From assembly GCA_964496765.1 (NCBI GenBank), contig CAZCAP010000012.1, forward strand, positions 1 to 25,088: 25,088 nt of DNA. The letters are read 5' to 3'. This document shows, piece after piece, positions 8,389 through 15,932 of this stretch (positions are counted from its first letter, which is position 1; each line of letters begins with the position of its first letter). Source of the DNA: an uncultured archaeon. Its GTDB lineage: Archaea > Iainarchaeota > Iainarchaeia > Iainarchaeales > CSSED10-239. The notes beneath the pieces were generated by a model. That model worked only from the letters and a program-made list of their open reading frames with translations, was not told the DNA's origin and did not search any database. Made by a program: the position numbers and the translations under genes.

Positions 8389-8943
8389 ATGCCAATAAAT
8401 TCAAAAGCTTCAAAAAAAATTGCAATTGTTGATTCATCTTTCTGGATAAACATAAATAGAGTTGGATTAATTGATAATTTATTAGAAAGATTTGAATTAG
8501 TCTTTACATCAAAAGTAGAAAATGAATTATTAATTAATTCAAAATTATTTTATACTCCAAGAGATATAATTACATACAATAGATTAAAAGAAATTGGTTT
8601 AATTAATATAAAAGACCCAGAGAGTATTTCAGCTAATTTGTATAATCAATTATGTAAAACCTCTGGAGAAATTCCAACCATTGCTCTTGCAATTGAACTT
8701 GATGCAGCAGTACTTGTAGATAATAGTGCTGCAATTGAATATTGTAATAAAAATAAAATATATATAATAAATACAATTAATTTTATTTTATATAATTATA
8801 AAATAGATAAACTAAATTTTGAGCAGGCTTTAGAAAAAATAGAAATCTTGAAGCCATTTGTTAGACGCAAATATATTAATCAAGATTTAGATTTATTAAA
8901 TCAAATTAAAGGTGAAAAATATGGTATTAAAAAAAATAAATAA
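8389..8943 (+). CDS. PIN-like nuclease domain protein (DUF3368 / COG2405 type), putative toxin
   Basis: KKIAIVDSSFWININRVGLIDNLLERF...SKVENELL matches the N-terminal pattern of DUF3368 PIN-like proteins (vsDtspLI.L..ig.ldlL..lf..v.iP..V..El). SGEIPTIALAIELDAAVLVDNSAA matches the GE.eAIaLA.el.ad.lLiDe pattern. Acidic residues sit at the expected positions. ATG 8389 is preferred over the TTG at 8371. Confidence 0.7.
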   Translation: MPINSKASKKIAIVDSSFWININRVGLIDNLLERFELVFTSKVENELLINSKLFYTPRDIITYNRLKEIGLINIKDPESISANLYNQLCKTSGEIPTIALAIELDAAVLVDNSAAIEYCNKNKIYIINTINFILYNYKIDKLNFEQALEKIEILKPFVRRKYINQDLDLLNQIKGEKYGIKKNK

Positions 8944-9313
8944 TTTAAATTATAATATTAAAGAAAAGGCAAATAAAGAAAAAATAAATACATTAAGGTT
9001 AAGTGATAGTGTTACAGAGACAATATATTTGATTGCAAAAGAGGAAAATAAAACTAGATCAGATGTAATTAGAATGCTTTTAGATAAGAGTATTAGAGAA
9101 TATAAATTAAAAAAAGCATTGGATTTATATGAAAAAGGGGAAATTGATTTCTCAACAGGTGCAAAGGTTGCGGATATGTCTGTACATGATTTTATGGAAG
9201 AGCTTAGAATATCAGGTGTTGGTTTACAGATACCTCTTGAAATGACAGAATACGGATTCAATAGCATGGTTAAATTATTTGGTGGTAAACCAATTAAGTT
9301 AAAGAAAAAATAG
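8921..9313 (+). CDS. Ribbon-helix-helix (CopG-like) plus UPF0175 (COG2886-type) fusion protein, putative antitoxin/autoregulator
   Basis: The N-terminal part INTLRLSDSVTETIYLIAKEENKTRSDVIRMLLDKSIREY fits a strand-helix-helix RHH pattern. The C-terminal part ALDLYEKGEIDFSTGAKVADMSVHDFMEELRISGVGL matches the UPF0175 core (A..LY..g.lSlg.AAelaGms..eF.e.L...gi). It overlaps the upstream ORF by 23 nt. ATG 8921 is preferred over the GTG at 8912. Confidence 0.7.
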   Translation: MVLKKINNLNYNIKEKANKEKINTLRLSDSVTETIYLIAKEENKTRSDVIRMLLDKSIREYKLKKALDLYEKGEIDFSTGAKVADMSVHDFMEELRISGVGLQIPLEMTEYGFNSMVKLFGGKPIKLKKK

Positions 9314-9354
9314 TTAATAGTTTCCTTTAAAACCTTTTGGAAGGTAATATTTAT

Positions 9355-11115
9355 ATGGAATTTACTATAGTTTGTGAATACTTTGATAAACTTAGAGATA
9401 CTTCTTCACGTCTAACTATGACAACCATTCTTCATGAACTATTTACTTTATGTGAAAAAGAAAATATTAACAAACTAATTTATTTTTGTCAAGGAAAGGT
9501 TGGGCCAAAATATAAGGGATTAGAAGTTAATATTGGAGAAGCAACAATCATTTCTTTAATTGCAAGATATCTTGGACAGCCAGAAGAAAAAATCAAAGAA
9601 GACCTTCTGAAAGTTGGAGACCTTGGTCTAATTATTGAAAGCACTCCAGTTACTAAGCAACAAAAAACTTTATTTTCAAAGAATCTTTCTTTTTTAGATG
9701 TTTATGAAACCTTTGAAAAAATAACCGAAATTCAAGGAAAGGGAACCATTGAACATAAGTTAAAATTATTTGAATCAATTCTTTTTAATGTTAGTCAAAA
9801 GGAAGCAAAGTATGTTGTTAAATTTCCAATTTCATTTAGGTTAGGTTTTTCTGATTCAACAATAGTTGATGCTCTCGCTCTTCTAGATACTACTGTTGAT
9901 CAAAAGATTGCAAAGGAAATAATTACAAACAAATATAATCAAGTTTCTGATTTAGGATTAATTGCAAAAATAATTAAAGAATCAGGAATGAAAGGGCTTG
10001 ATAAAGTTGGTATTACTCCTTTCATCCCAATTAAACCAGCTCTCTGTGAAAGAGCAAGCGGTTTTAAAGAAATTATAGAAAGATTAGGTGAAGATAAAGA
10101 AGATAATGTAATTAAGTTTGGAGTAGACTCGAAGATAGATGGATTTCGTCAACAGATTCACAAGATTGGTAATGAAGTTAAGATATTCTCTAGAAATGAA
10201 GAAGACATGACTAGAATGTTTCCAGACATAGTTCAAGAAATTAAAAAAATAGATGGAGACTTTATAATTGATTGTGAATCAATTGCATTTGATCCTGATA
10301 ACAATAAATATCATTCATTTCAAATAACAATACAAAGAAAAAGAAAATATGATATTGATGAAAAAGCAAAGGAACTTCCTTTGCATCTAAAGGTATTTGA
10401 TGTTTTATATCTTAATGGAAAAGAAATGATTGATGTTCCTTTTGGAGAAAGAAGGAAGATAGTTGAAAGTAAATTTAATATCCCACCAATCATTAGACCA
10501 ACTGAGCTTATAATCACAGACAGTGAAGAAGAATTAGAAGCCTTCTTTAATTCAAGGATTTCAGAAAACCTTGAAGGAATCATTGCAAAGGACCTTTCTT
10601 CCAGATATACAGCGGGAGGGAGAGGCTTTTCTTGGATTAAGTTCAAGAAATCCTATCAGGGTACCATAGATACCATAGATGCTGTTGTTTTAGGTTTATT
10701 TTATGGGCAAGGTAAGAGATCTGATAAGGGTCTAGGTGCATTGCTTGTTGGTATCTATAATCAAGAAACCCAGAAATATTATACTTTAGCAAAGGTTGGG
10801 ACTGGTTTATCAGATGAACTTCTTCTTGAGCTTGGAAAGGAATTAGCTGATCTTAGAGTAGATAGAAAGCTAGATGAGGTTGTAACAAAAATAGAACCAG
10901 ATTATTATGTAATTCCTAAGATAATTATAGAAGTAAACTATGATGAGATAACAGAAAGTGAGATGCATACTGTTTGTTTCAACAGAGATAAGGGAACAGG
11001 TTTAGCATTAAGATTTCCCAGACTGGTTAAGGTAAGAAGTGATAGAGAAGATAAGGAAACAACAACAGAAGAAGAAATAAGAAGATTGTTTGAATTGCAA
11101 GCACAAACAAACTAA
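9355..11115 (+). CDS. lig: ATP-dependent DNA ligase
   Basis: Adenylation motif I, VDSKIDGFRQQIH (KxDGxR). Also LEGIIAK, FSWIKFKKSY (motif V-like) and LRFPRLVKVRSDR (motif VI). The N-terminal DNA-binding domain pattern is F..L..TSSRL..T.IL. ATG 9355 is preferred over the TTG at 9337. Confidence 0.93.
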   Translation: MEFTIVCEYFDKLRDTSSRLTMTTILHELFTLCEKENINKLIYFCQGKVGPKYKGLEVNIGEATIISLIARYLGQPEEKIKEDLLKVGDLGLIIESTPVTKQQKTLFSKNLSFLDVYETFEKITEIQGKGTIEHKLKLFESILFNVSQKEAKYVVKFPISFRLGFSDSTIVDALALLDTTVDQKIAKEIITNKYNQVSDLGLIAKIIKESGMKGLDKVGITPFIPIKPALCERASGFKEIIERLGEDKEDNVIKFGVDSKIDGFRQQIHKIGNEVKIFSRNEEDMTRMFPDIVQEIKKIDGDFIIDCESIAFDPDNNKYHSFQITIQRKRKYDIDEKAKELPLHLKVFDVLYLNGKEMIDVPFGERRKIVESKFNIPPIIRPTELIITDSEEELEAFFNSRISENLEGIIAKDLSSRYTAGGRGFSWIKFKKSYQGTIDTIDAVVLGLFYGQGKRSDKGLGALLVGIYNQETQKYYTLAKVGTGLSDELLLELGKELADLRVDRKLDEVVTKIEPDYYVIPKIIIEVNYDEITESEMHTVCFNRDKGTGLALRFPRLVKVRSDREDKETTTEEEIRRLFELQAQTN

Positions 11116-11150
11116 TTTTATTCAAAAAAAGAAAAAATATTCAAGCAACA
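11116..11150. terminator. Bidirectional T/A-rich terminator region between the convergent lig and KaiC-like genes
   Basis: On the + strand, TTTTATT lies immediately after the lig stop. On the - strand the spacer reads ...TATTTTTTCTTTTTTTGAATAAAA, i.e. T6-C-T7 shortly after the KaiC-like stop. Archaeal termination typically uses oligo-T tracts. Confidence 0.4.
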
Positions 11151-11855
11151 TTAGTATTGCTTGATTGCACTCCACATTATCTCATCCTTTGGATTTATTT
11201 CAACACCATTTGGTGTTATTTGACAAGGATGAACTGATTGTGAATGTTTTGTTCCTCTTAATTTTCTAATAAATACTGATCTGTTAGGTGGTATGAAATA
11301 CATCATAATTATACCATCAACAACAAATTCTTCTATCCCAAATGCAGAAAAATCTCTACCATTAGTTTCTGCAGTCAACATTGTTGTACAATTAAGATCT
11401 TTTAGGTAATCAGTGAACCTAAATAATAGATTTCTAAGCTTACCTGGCTCAGATATCCAAGCACCAAATGCAGTTGTTGAGTCTACAGTTAGTCTAACTG
11501 CTTTAATATCTTTAACCATTGAAGTAATAATATCAAGCTCCTTATCTATCTGTGCTTCAATTGGTTTTCTTGGATCAATGTGCATTCTATATATTTTCAT
11601 TAGATTTTTTTGTTCAAGAGATTTAATATCCCATCCAAAGTTTTCCATGTTCCATACAATATTCTTTAGATTATCTTCAACAGTAACAAGTAAACCTGGT
11701 TCTCCATATTTTCTTGCACCCTCATAAATAAAAGTGGTTGCTAGGATTGTTTTTCCAGAACCAGCACCTCCAGAAACCAGAATTGTTGCTCCTTTTGGAA
11801 TTCCACCTTGAATTAATTCATCTAAACCTTTAACGCCTGTTGGAACTCTTTCCAT
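11151..11855 (-). CDS. KaiC-like RecA-superfamily ATPase, single domain (COG0467 type)
   Basis: RVPTGVKGLDELIQGGIPKGATILVSGGAGSGKTILATTFIYEGARKYGEPGLLVTVEDN is the canonical KaiC/RadA-paralogue N-terminus with Walker A GAGSGKT. A Walker B-like VRLTVDS is present. SD AGGTGA lies 8 nt upstream on the minus strand. This is the only real minus-strand gene in the window. Confidence 0.85.
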   Translation of the reverse strand: MERVPTGVKGLDELIQGGIPKGATILVSGGAGSGKTILATTFIYEGARKYGEPGLLVTVEDNLKNIVWNMENFGWDIKSLEQKNLMKIYRMHIDPRKPIEAQIDKELDIITSMVKDIKAVRLTVDSTTAFGAWISEPGKLRNLLFRFTDYLKDLNCTTMLTAETNGRDFSAFGIEEFVVDGIIMMYFIPPNRSVFIRKLRGTKHSQSVHPCQITPNGVEINPKDEIMWSAIKQY

Positions 11856-12076
11856 ATATCTTTCACCTTCAATTTTAATAACAATTTATAATAATATAAT
11901 ATAAACTAAATATAAGTTATAAGTAAGCTTTAAATTACTTTCCCTTCCTAATTAATTATATAAAAATTAGATAACCACAACCTTTTTAAATAAAAATCAA
12001 TTTTGTTAAACTACATAACTTGAATTCAAGGGATAAAAACAAACTCTTTTTAAATCTTTTGCTATCTAATTACCTT

Positions 12077-12196
12077 ATGTTCTTGTTTTTGGCAATATTC
12101 TTATCATTATCCATCATTACGCAATTTTATTTAATTCTAAATATATTTAAGAATAATAAAAAGACTATAGCCATAACTCTGAATTATAACTATTGA
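12077..12196 (+). CDS. Possible small membrane peptide, 39 aa (low confidence)
   Basis: Not in the supplied track (too short). Translated by hand: MFLFLAIFLSLSIITQFYLILNIFKNNKKTIAITLNYNY, with stop TGA at 12194-12196. It has about 24 hydrophobic residues followed by KNNKK. The TATA-like TTTAAATC (12049-12056) is centred about 26 nt before the ATG, consistent with a leaderless transcript. It could still be a chance ORF. Confidence 0.25.
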   Translation: MFLFLAIFLSLSIITQFYLILNIFKNNKKTIAITLNYNY

Positions 12197-12232
12197 TTTA
12201 TTAAATTTAAATTAAAAGGAAGTGTTTACTTC

Positions 12233-12577
12233 ATGGGCAGAATAAAAGGTCAAGGTAATAAAATTAAAATCAAAGAACCAAGAGAAGATGGTTTAGAAGA
12301 TAATGATGAAATTGCATCCTATAGAAAAACAAGAAGACAAAGAAGATTAAAAGAAGAAATCAAACATAACTATATTCCTTCTCATGATGTTCTAACCGAA
12401 GAAGAGGTTCTTGAACTTGCAAAAAAGAAAATAGAACCAGATAAACTTCCTTTCATCTATATTTCTGATCCTGCTATCAGACACATGGAAGTTAAAGTAG
12501 GAGACGTTATTATAATTAAAAGATATAATCCACTTGTTGGAGAAACTGTTTACTATAGAAGAGTAATAGACGAATAA
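12233..12577 (+). CDS. rpoH: DNA-directed RNA polymerase subunit H (Rpo5) with a 44-aa charged N-terminal extension
   Basis: The C-terminal 70 aa, HNYIPSHDVLTEEEVLELAKKKIEPDKLPFIYISDPAIRHMEVKVGDVIIIKRYNPLVGETVYYRRVI, match the RpoH core (vP.H..l..eE...ll.....i....LP.I...DP........GdvvkI.R.S.taG....YR.V). It sits immediately upstream of rpoB'', as in the canonical operon. Confidence 0.85.
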   Translation: MGRIKGQGNKIKIKEPREDGLEDNDEIASYRKTRRQRRLKEEIKHNYIPSHDVLTEEEVLELAKKKIEPDKLPFIYISDPAIRHMEVKVGDVIIIKRYNPLVGETVYYRRVIDE

Positions 12578-12609
12578 ATTATTAAAATCAAAATTAAATG
12601 TGATAATGA

Positions 12610-14064
12610 ATGGATAAATGGGCTTTAGTTGAATCTTATTTTGAATATGCTGGACCAATAAATCAAAGATTAAAATCCTTTGATCAATTTATTGAAGAAA
12701 AGGTACCAGAGATAGTTGAAGAACAATCAGTTATTGAATGTAATAATGAAGTTAAGATTGTTCTATCAAATGTTGAAGTAACTAGACCAGAAATTGTTGA
12801 AGCTGATAGAAGTGCTAAAGTAAGATTAACTCCAATGGAAGCAAGACATAGAAACATGACCTATTCTGGTTCAATTTATATAGACATTAGATTATATAGA
12901 AAGGATGTTTTGATTGATGAAAAAAGATCCTATGTTGGAGAAATTCCAATAATGGTTAAATCAAAATATTGTAATATATCCGGTCTTTCAAGAGAAGAAT
13001 TAATTGAGATTGGAGAAGATCCAATGGATCTCGGTGGATATTTTGTTGTAAATGGTTCTGAAAAGGTATTAATCTCCCAGGAAGTTCTTGCACTTGATAG
13101 AATTTTATTAAACGAAACAAATGGACTAATTAAAGCACAGGTTATTTCTGTTAAGGGTGCATTTAAAGGTAAGGTAAAGATTGAAAGAAATCTTGAAGGA
13201 CTTTTATATGTGACTTTCCCATCATCTCCTAGAAAACTAAGCTTAGTTGAGTTATTAAATGCACTTGGAATGACTAAACAAGATGATATTTTAAATGCAT
13301 TTGATGATGAAAGAGTAATTAAGAATGAAATTTTATTAAATTTAGATAAGATTGAATCAACAAGCACAAATGATGCACTTGATAAGATTGGAAAAGCAGT
13401 TGCACCATCACAAACACAAAACTATAGACTTAGAAGAGCACAGGAAGTTCTTGATTCATTCCTTTTACCACACATTGGACAGAATAAGAAGGACAGACTT
13501 GCTAAAGCTCATTATTTAATTATCATGGCAACAAAGATTATTGAAAAAGCATATAACATAAGATCACAGGCAGATAAGGATCACTATGCAAACAAAAGAC
13601 TTGAGGTTGCTGGTAAGCTAATGGAGCATTTATTTAGATATTCATTTAAGCATTTCATAAATGATTTGAAATTCCAAATAGATAGAACCATTTCAAGACA
13701 TAGAAAATTAAATATTACAACAATTATTAGACCAGATGCAATTACTGAAAGAATTAAGTTTGCAGTAAGTACAGGCACCTGGGTAGGACAAATAACAGGT
13801 GTTTGTGCATTCATGGATAGAGTAAACTATGTTGCATCTTTAACAAACATGAGAAAGGTTAAATCAACTTTGGATTCCCAAAGGGAATTATATGAAGCAC
13901 GTGATGTTCATGGAACCCATTGGGGTAGACTTTGTCCAGTTGAGACTCCTGATGGACCAAACTGTGGTTTATCAAAGAATTTAAGTATAATGGCAAGAGT
14001 AACAATGGATGTTAATCCAAAATTAATATCAGAATATTTAGATGTTTTAGAACTTGATAAATAA
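12610..14064 (+). CDS. rpoB2: DNA-directed RNA polymerase subunit B'' (N-terminal half of Rpo2)
   Basis: N-terminal Rpb2-like regions are present: LV.SYF...G...Q.L.SFD.FI, GGYFVVNGSEKVLISQE and DHYANKRLEVAGKLM. It ends ...GLSKNLS.MA at the usual B''/B' split point. Confidence 0.95.
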   Translation: MDKWALVESYFEYAGPINQRLKSFDQFIEEKVPEIVEEQSVIECNNEVKIVLSNVEVTRPEIVEADRSAKVRLTPMEARHRNMTYSGSIYIDIRLYRKDVLIDEKRSYVGEIPIMVKSKYCNISGLSREELIEIGEDPMDLGGYFVVNGSEKVLISQEVLALDRILLNETNGLIKAQVISVKGAFKGKVKIERNLEGLLYVTFPSSPRKLSLVELLNALGMTKQDDILNAFDDERVIKNEILLNLDKIESTSTNDALDKIGKAVAPSQTQNYRLRRAQEVLDSFLLPHIGQNKKDRLAKAHYLIIMATKIIEKAYNIRSQADKDHYANKRLEVAGKLMEHLFRYSFKHFINDLKFQIDRTISRHRKLNITTIIRPDAITERIKFAVSTGTWVGQITGVCAFMDRVNYVASLTNMRKVKSTLDSQRELYEARDVHGTHWGRLCPVETPDGPNCGLSKNLSIMARVTMDVNPKLISEYLDVLELDK

Positions 14065-14086
14065 ATTTAAAAGATGTGAAGATATT

Positions 14087-15904
14087 ATGGCACAATCAAA
14101 ATGTAAGATTTATGTTAATGGTGGACTTGTAGGTTTCCACAACAACCCAGCCAAGCTAAAAAAAGAGCTTGTTAGTAAAAGAAGATCGGGATTGATTGAT
14201 TCTCAAATAAATATTGCTCTAAGAGAAGAAACCAATGAAATGTATGTAAACACAGATGGTGGACGTGTACAGAGACCATTAATTATTATTGAAAATGGAA
14301 AATCAAAATTAACTAAAGATATTCTTGAAGATATTAAAACTAAAAAAATGTTTTGGCCAGAATTAATAAAAAACGGAATAATTGAATACCTTGATGCTGA
14401 AGAAGAAGAAAATGCATATGTTGCACTTGATGATAGGGATGTAACACCAGATCATACTCATCTTGAAATATCAGGAACTGCAATTTTTTCAATAATCACA
14501 TCAATGATTCCATTCGTACATCACAACATGGCTGGAAAAGCTATCTTTGGTGCAAAAATATTTAAGCAGGCAGTAGGAATTCCTGCAGTTAACTATAAGC
14601 ATAGATTTGATACAGAAATGCATGTTCTCTATTACCCACAAAAACCACTAGTGACCACAAGAACAGAAAAAATGTTAAATATTGATAAAAGACCAATGAT
14701 TCAAAATTCAATTGTTGCAATAATGCCCTATAAAGGATATAACATGATTGATGCCCTTATCATGAACAAGGGTTCCATTGAAAGAGGACTTGGTAGATCT
14801 TCATATTATAGATCATATTCTGCACAGGAAAATAGATATCCATCAGGACAGGCTGATGATTTTAAAGTTCCAGGAGAAACAACAATTGGTTTCAGAGGGG
14901 ATGAGGCCTATAATAATCTTGGAGCAGACGGAATAGCTAATATTGAAACGTATATTAAAGAGGGTGGAGTAGTAATTGGAATGACTTCTCCTCCTAGATT
15001 TGTTGAAGAAATATCTGAGTTTGGAGTTATTTCAGAAGATAGACGTGAATCATCAGTAACTGCGAGAAAGCATCTTGATGGGCACGTGGATAAGGTTCTT
15101 CTAACATTAACCTTATCTGGAGTTAAGCTTTGTAAGGTTAAGGTAAGAACAACAATGATTCCACAGATTGGAGATAAGTTTTCTTCACACCACGGACAGA
15201 AGGGTGTTGTTGGTGCAGTTATTAATGAAGAGGATATGCCATTCACATCATCTGGAATTAAGCCTGATTTCATATTAAATCCACATTCAATTCCTTCAAG
15301 AATGACAATTGGACACATGTTTGAAACAATTGCAGCAAAAGCAGGAGCTGTTTCTGGAAAGGAAATAGATGGAACTGCTTTCTATTCAGATAAGGATGCA
15401 ATTCAAAAACTTCTTTTATCACAGGGATTTAGAGAAGATGGAAAGGAAGTATTCTATGATGGAGTTACAGGAGAAAAAATTGAAATGCCAATATTTGTTG
15501 GACCTATTTCATTTAAAAGATTATATCACGTTGTAGTAAACAAGATACAAGCAAGAGATAAGGGTTCTATACAATTACTAACTAGACAACCAACTGAAGG
15601 TAAAGAAAAGGGTGGTGGTCTTAGATTTGGAGAGATGGAAGGAGATGCTCTTGTTGGACATGGTGCAGCAATGTTACTTCATGAAAAGTTAATGGATGAT
15701 TCTGATCAACTTGATGTTTACATCTGTTCTGATTGTGGTGTGCTTGCTATTAATGATAAGATAAGAAATAAATTATATTGTCCAATTTGTAAGGGTGGAA
15801 ACATACATGAGGTAAAGATAAGCTATGGTTTTAAGCTATTGCTTGATGAGCTTAAAGCACTTGGTGTTTTCCCTAAGTTAAATATTGGAGACAAAATAGA
15901 TTAA
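14087..15904 (+). CDS. rpoB1: DNA-directed RNA polymerase subunit B' (C-terminal half of Rpo2)
   Basis: Motifs GDKFSSHHGQKGVVG, FILNPHSIPSRMTIGH, LRFGEMEGDAL.GHGAA, and the C-terminal zinc ribbon CSDCG...CPICKG. ATG 14087 (MAQSK...) is preferred over the TTG at 14054, which overlaps the B'' stop. Confidence 0.95.
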   Translation: MAQSKCKIYVNGGLVGFHNNPAKLKKELVSKRRSGLIDSQINIALREETNEMYVNTDGGRVQRPLIIIENGKSKLTKDILEDIKTKKMFWPELIKNGIIEYLDAEEEENAYVALDDRDVTPDHTHLEISGTAIFSIITSMIPFVHHNMAGKAIFGAKIFKQAVGIPAVNYKHRFDTEMHVLYYPQKPLVTTRTEKMLNIDKRPMIQNSIVAIMPYKGYNMIDALIMNKGSIERGLGRSSYYRSYSAQENRYPSGQADDFKVPGETTIGFRGDEAYNNLGADGIANIETYIKEGGVVIGMTSPPRFVEEISEFGVISEDRRESSVTARKHLDGHVDKVLLTLTLSGVKLCKVKVRTTMIPQIGDKFSSHHGQKGVVGAVINEEDMPFTSSGIKPDFILNPHSIPSRMTIGHMFETIAAKAGAVSGKEIDGTAFYSDKDAIQKLLLSQGFREDGKEVFYDGVTGEKIEMPIFVGPISFKRLYHVVVNKIQARDKGSIQLLTRQPTEGKEKGGGLRFGEMEGDALVGHGAAMLLHEKLMDDSDQLDVYICSDCGVLAINDKIRNKLYCPICKGGNIHEVKISYGFKLLLDELKALGVFPKLNIGDKID

Positions 15905-15932
15905 AATTAGTTTTAAAAGAGAATGATTATAT

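Noticed and set aside
11151-11855. The KaiC-like ATPase as part of an archaellum (FlaH/ArlH) or a defence cluster.
   Set aside because: It is a solitary gene, convergent with lig and divergent from the rpo operon. There are no flaI/flaJ-like or nuclease partners nearby, so only the generic KaiC-like/RecA-superfamily call is supportable.
11856-12232. The long AT-rich spacer as a replication origin or as host of a structured ncRNA (SRP RNA, RNase P RNA, C/D box sRNA).
   Set aside because: No orc1/cdc6 gene is adjacent and there are no repeated ORB-like elements. There is no GC-rich island such as the one that marks the tRNA in this genome. I did not find C box (RUGAUGA) / D box (CUGA) pairs at appropriate spacing.
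12610-15904. The split rpoB (B'' + B') as an anomaly or pseudogene.
   Set aside because: A split B subunit at this position is the normal state in several archaeal lineages. Both halves are full length with intact motifs and sensible start and stop spacing.
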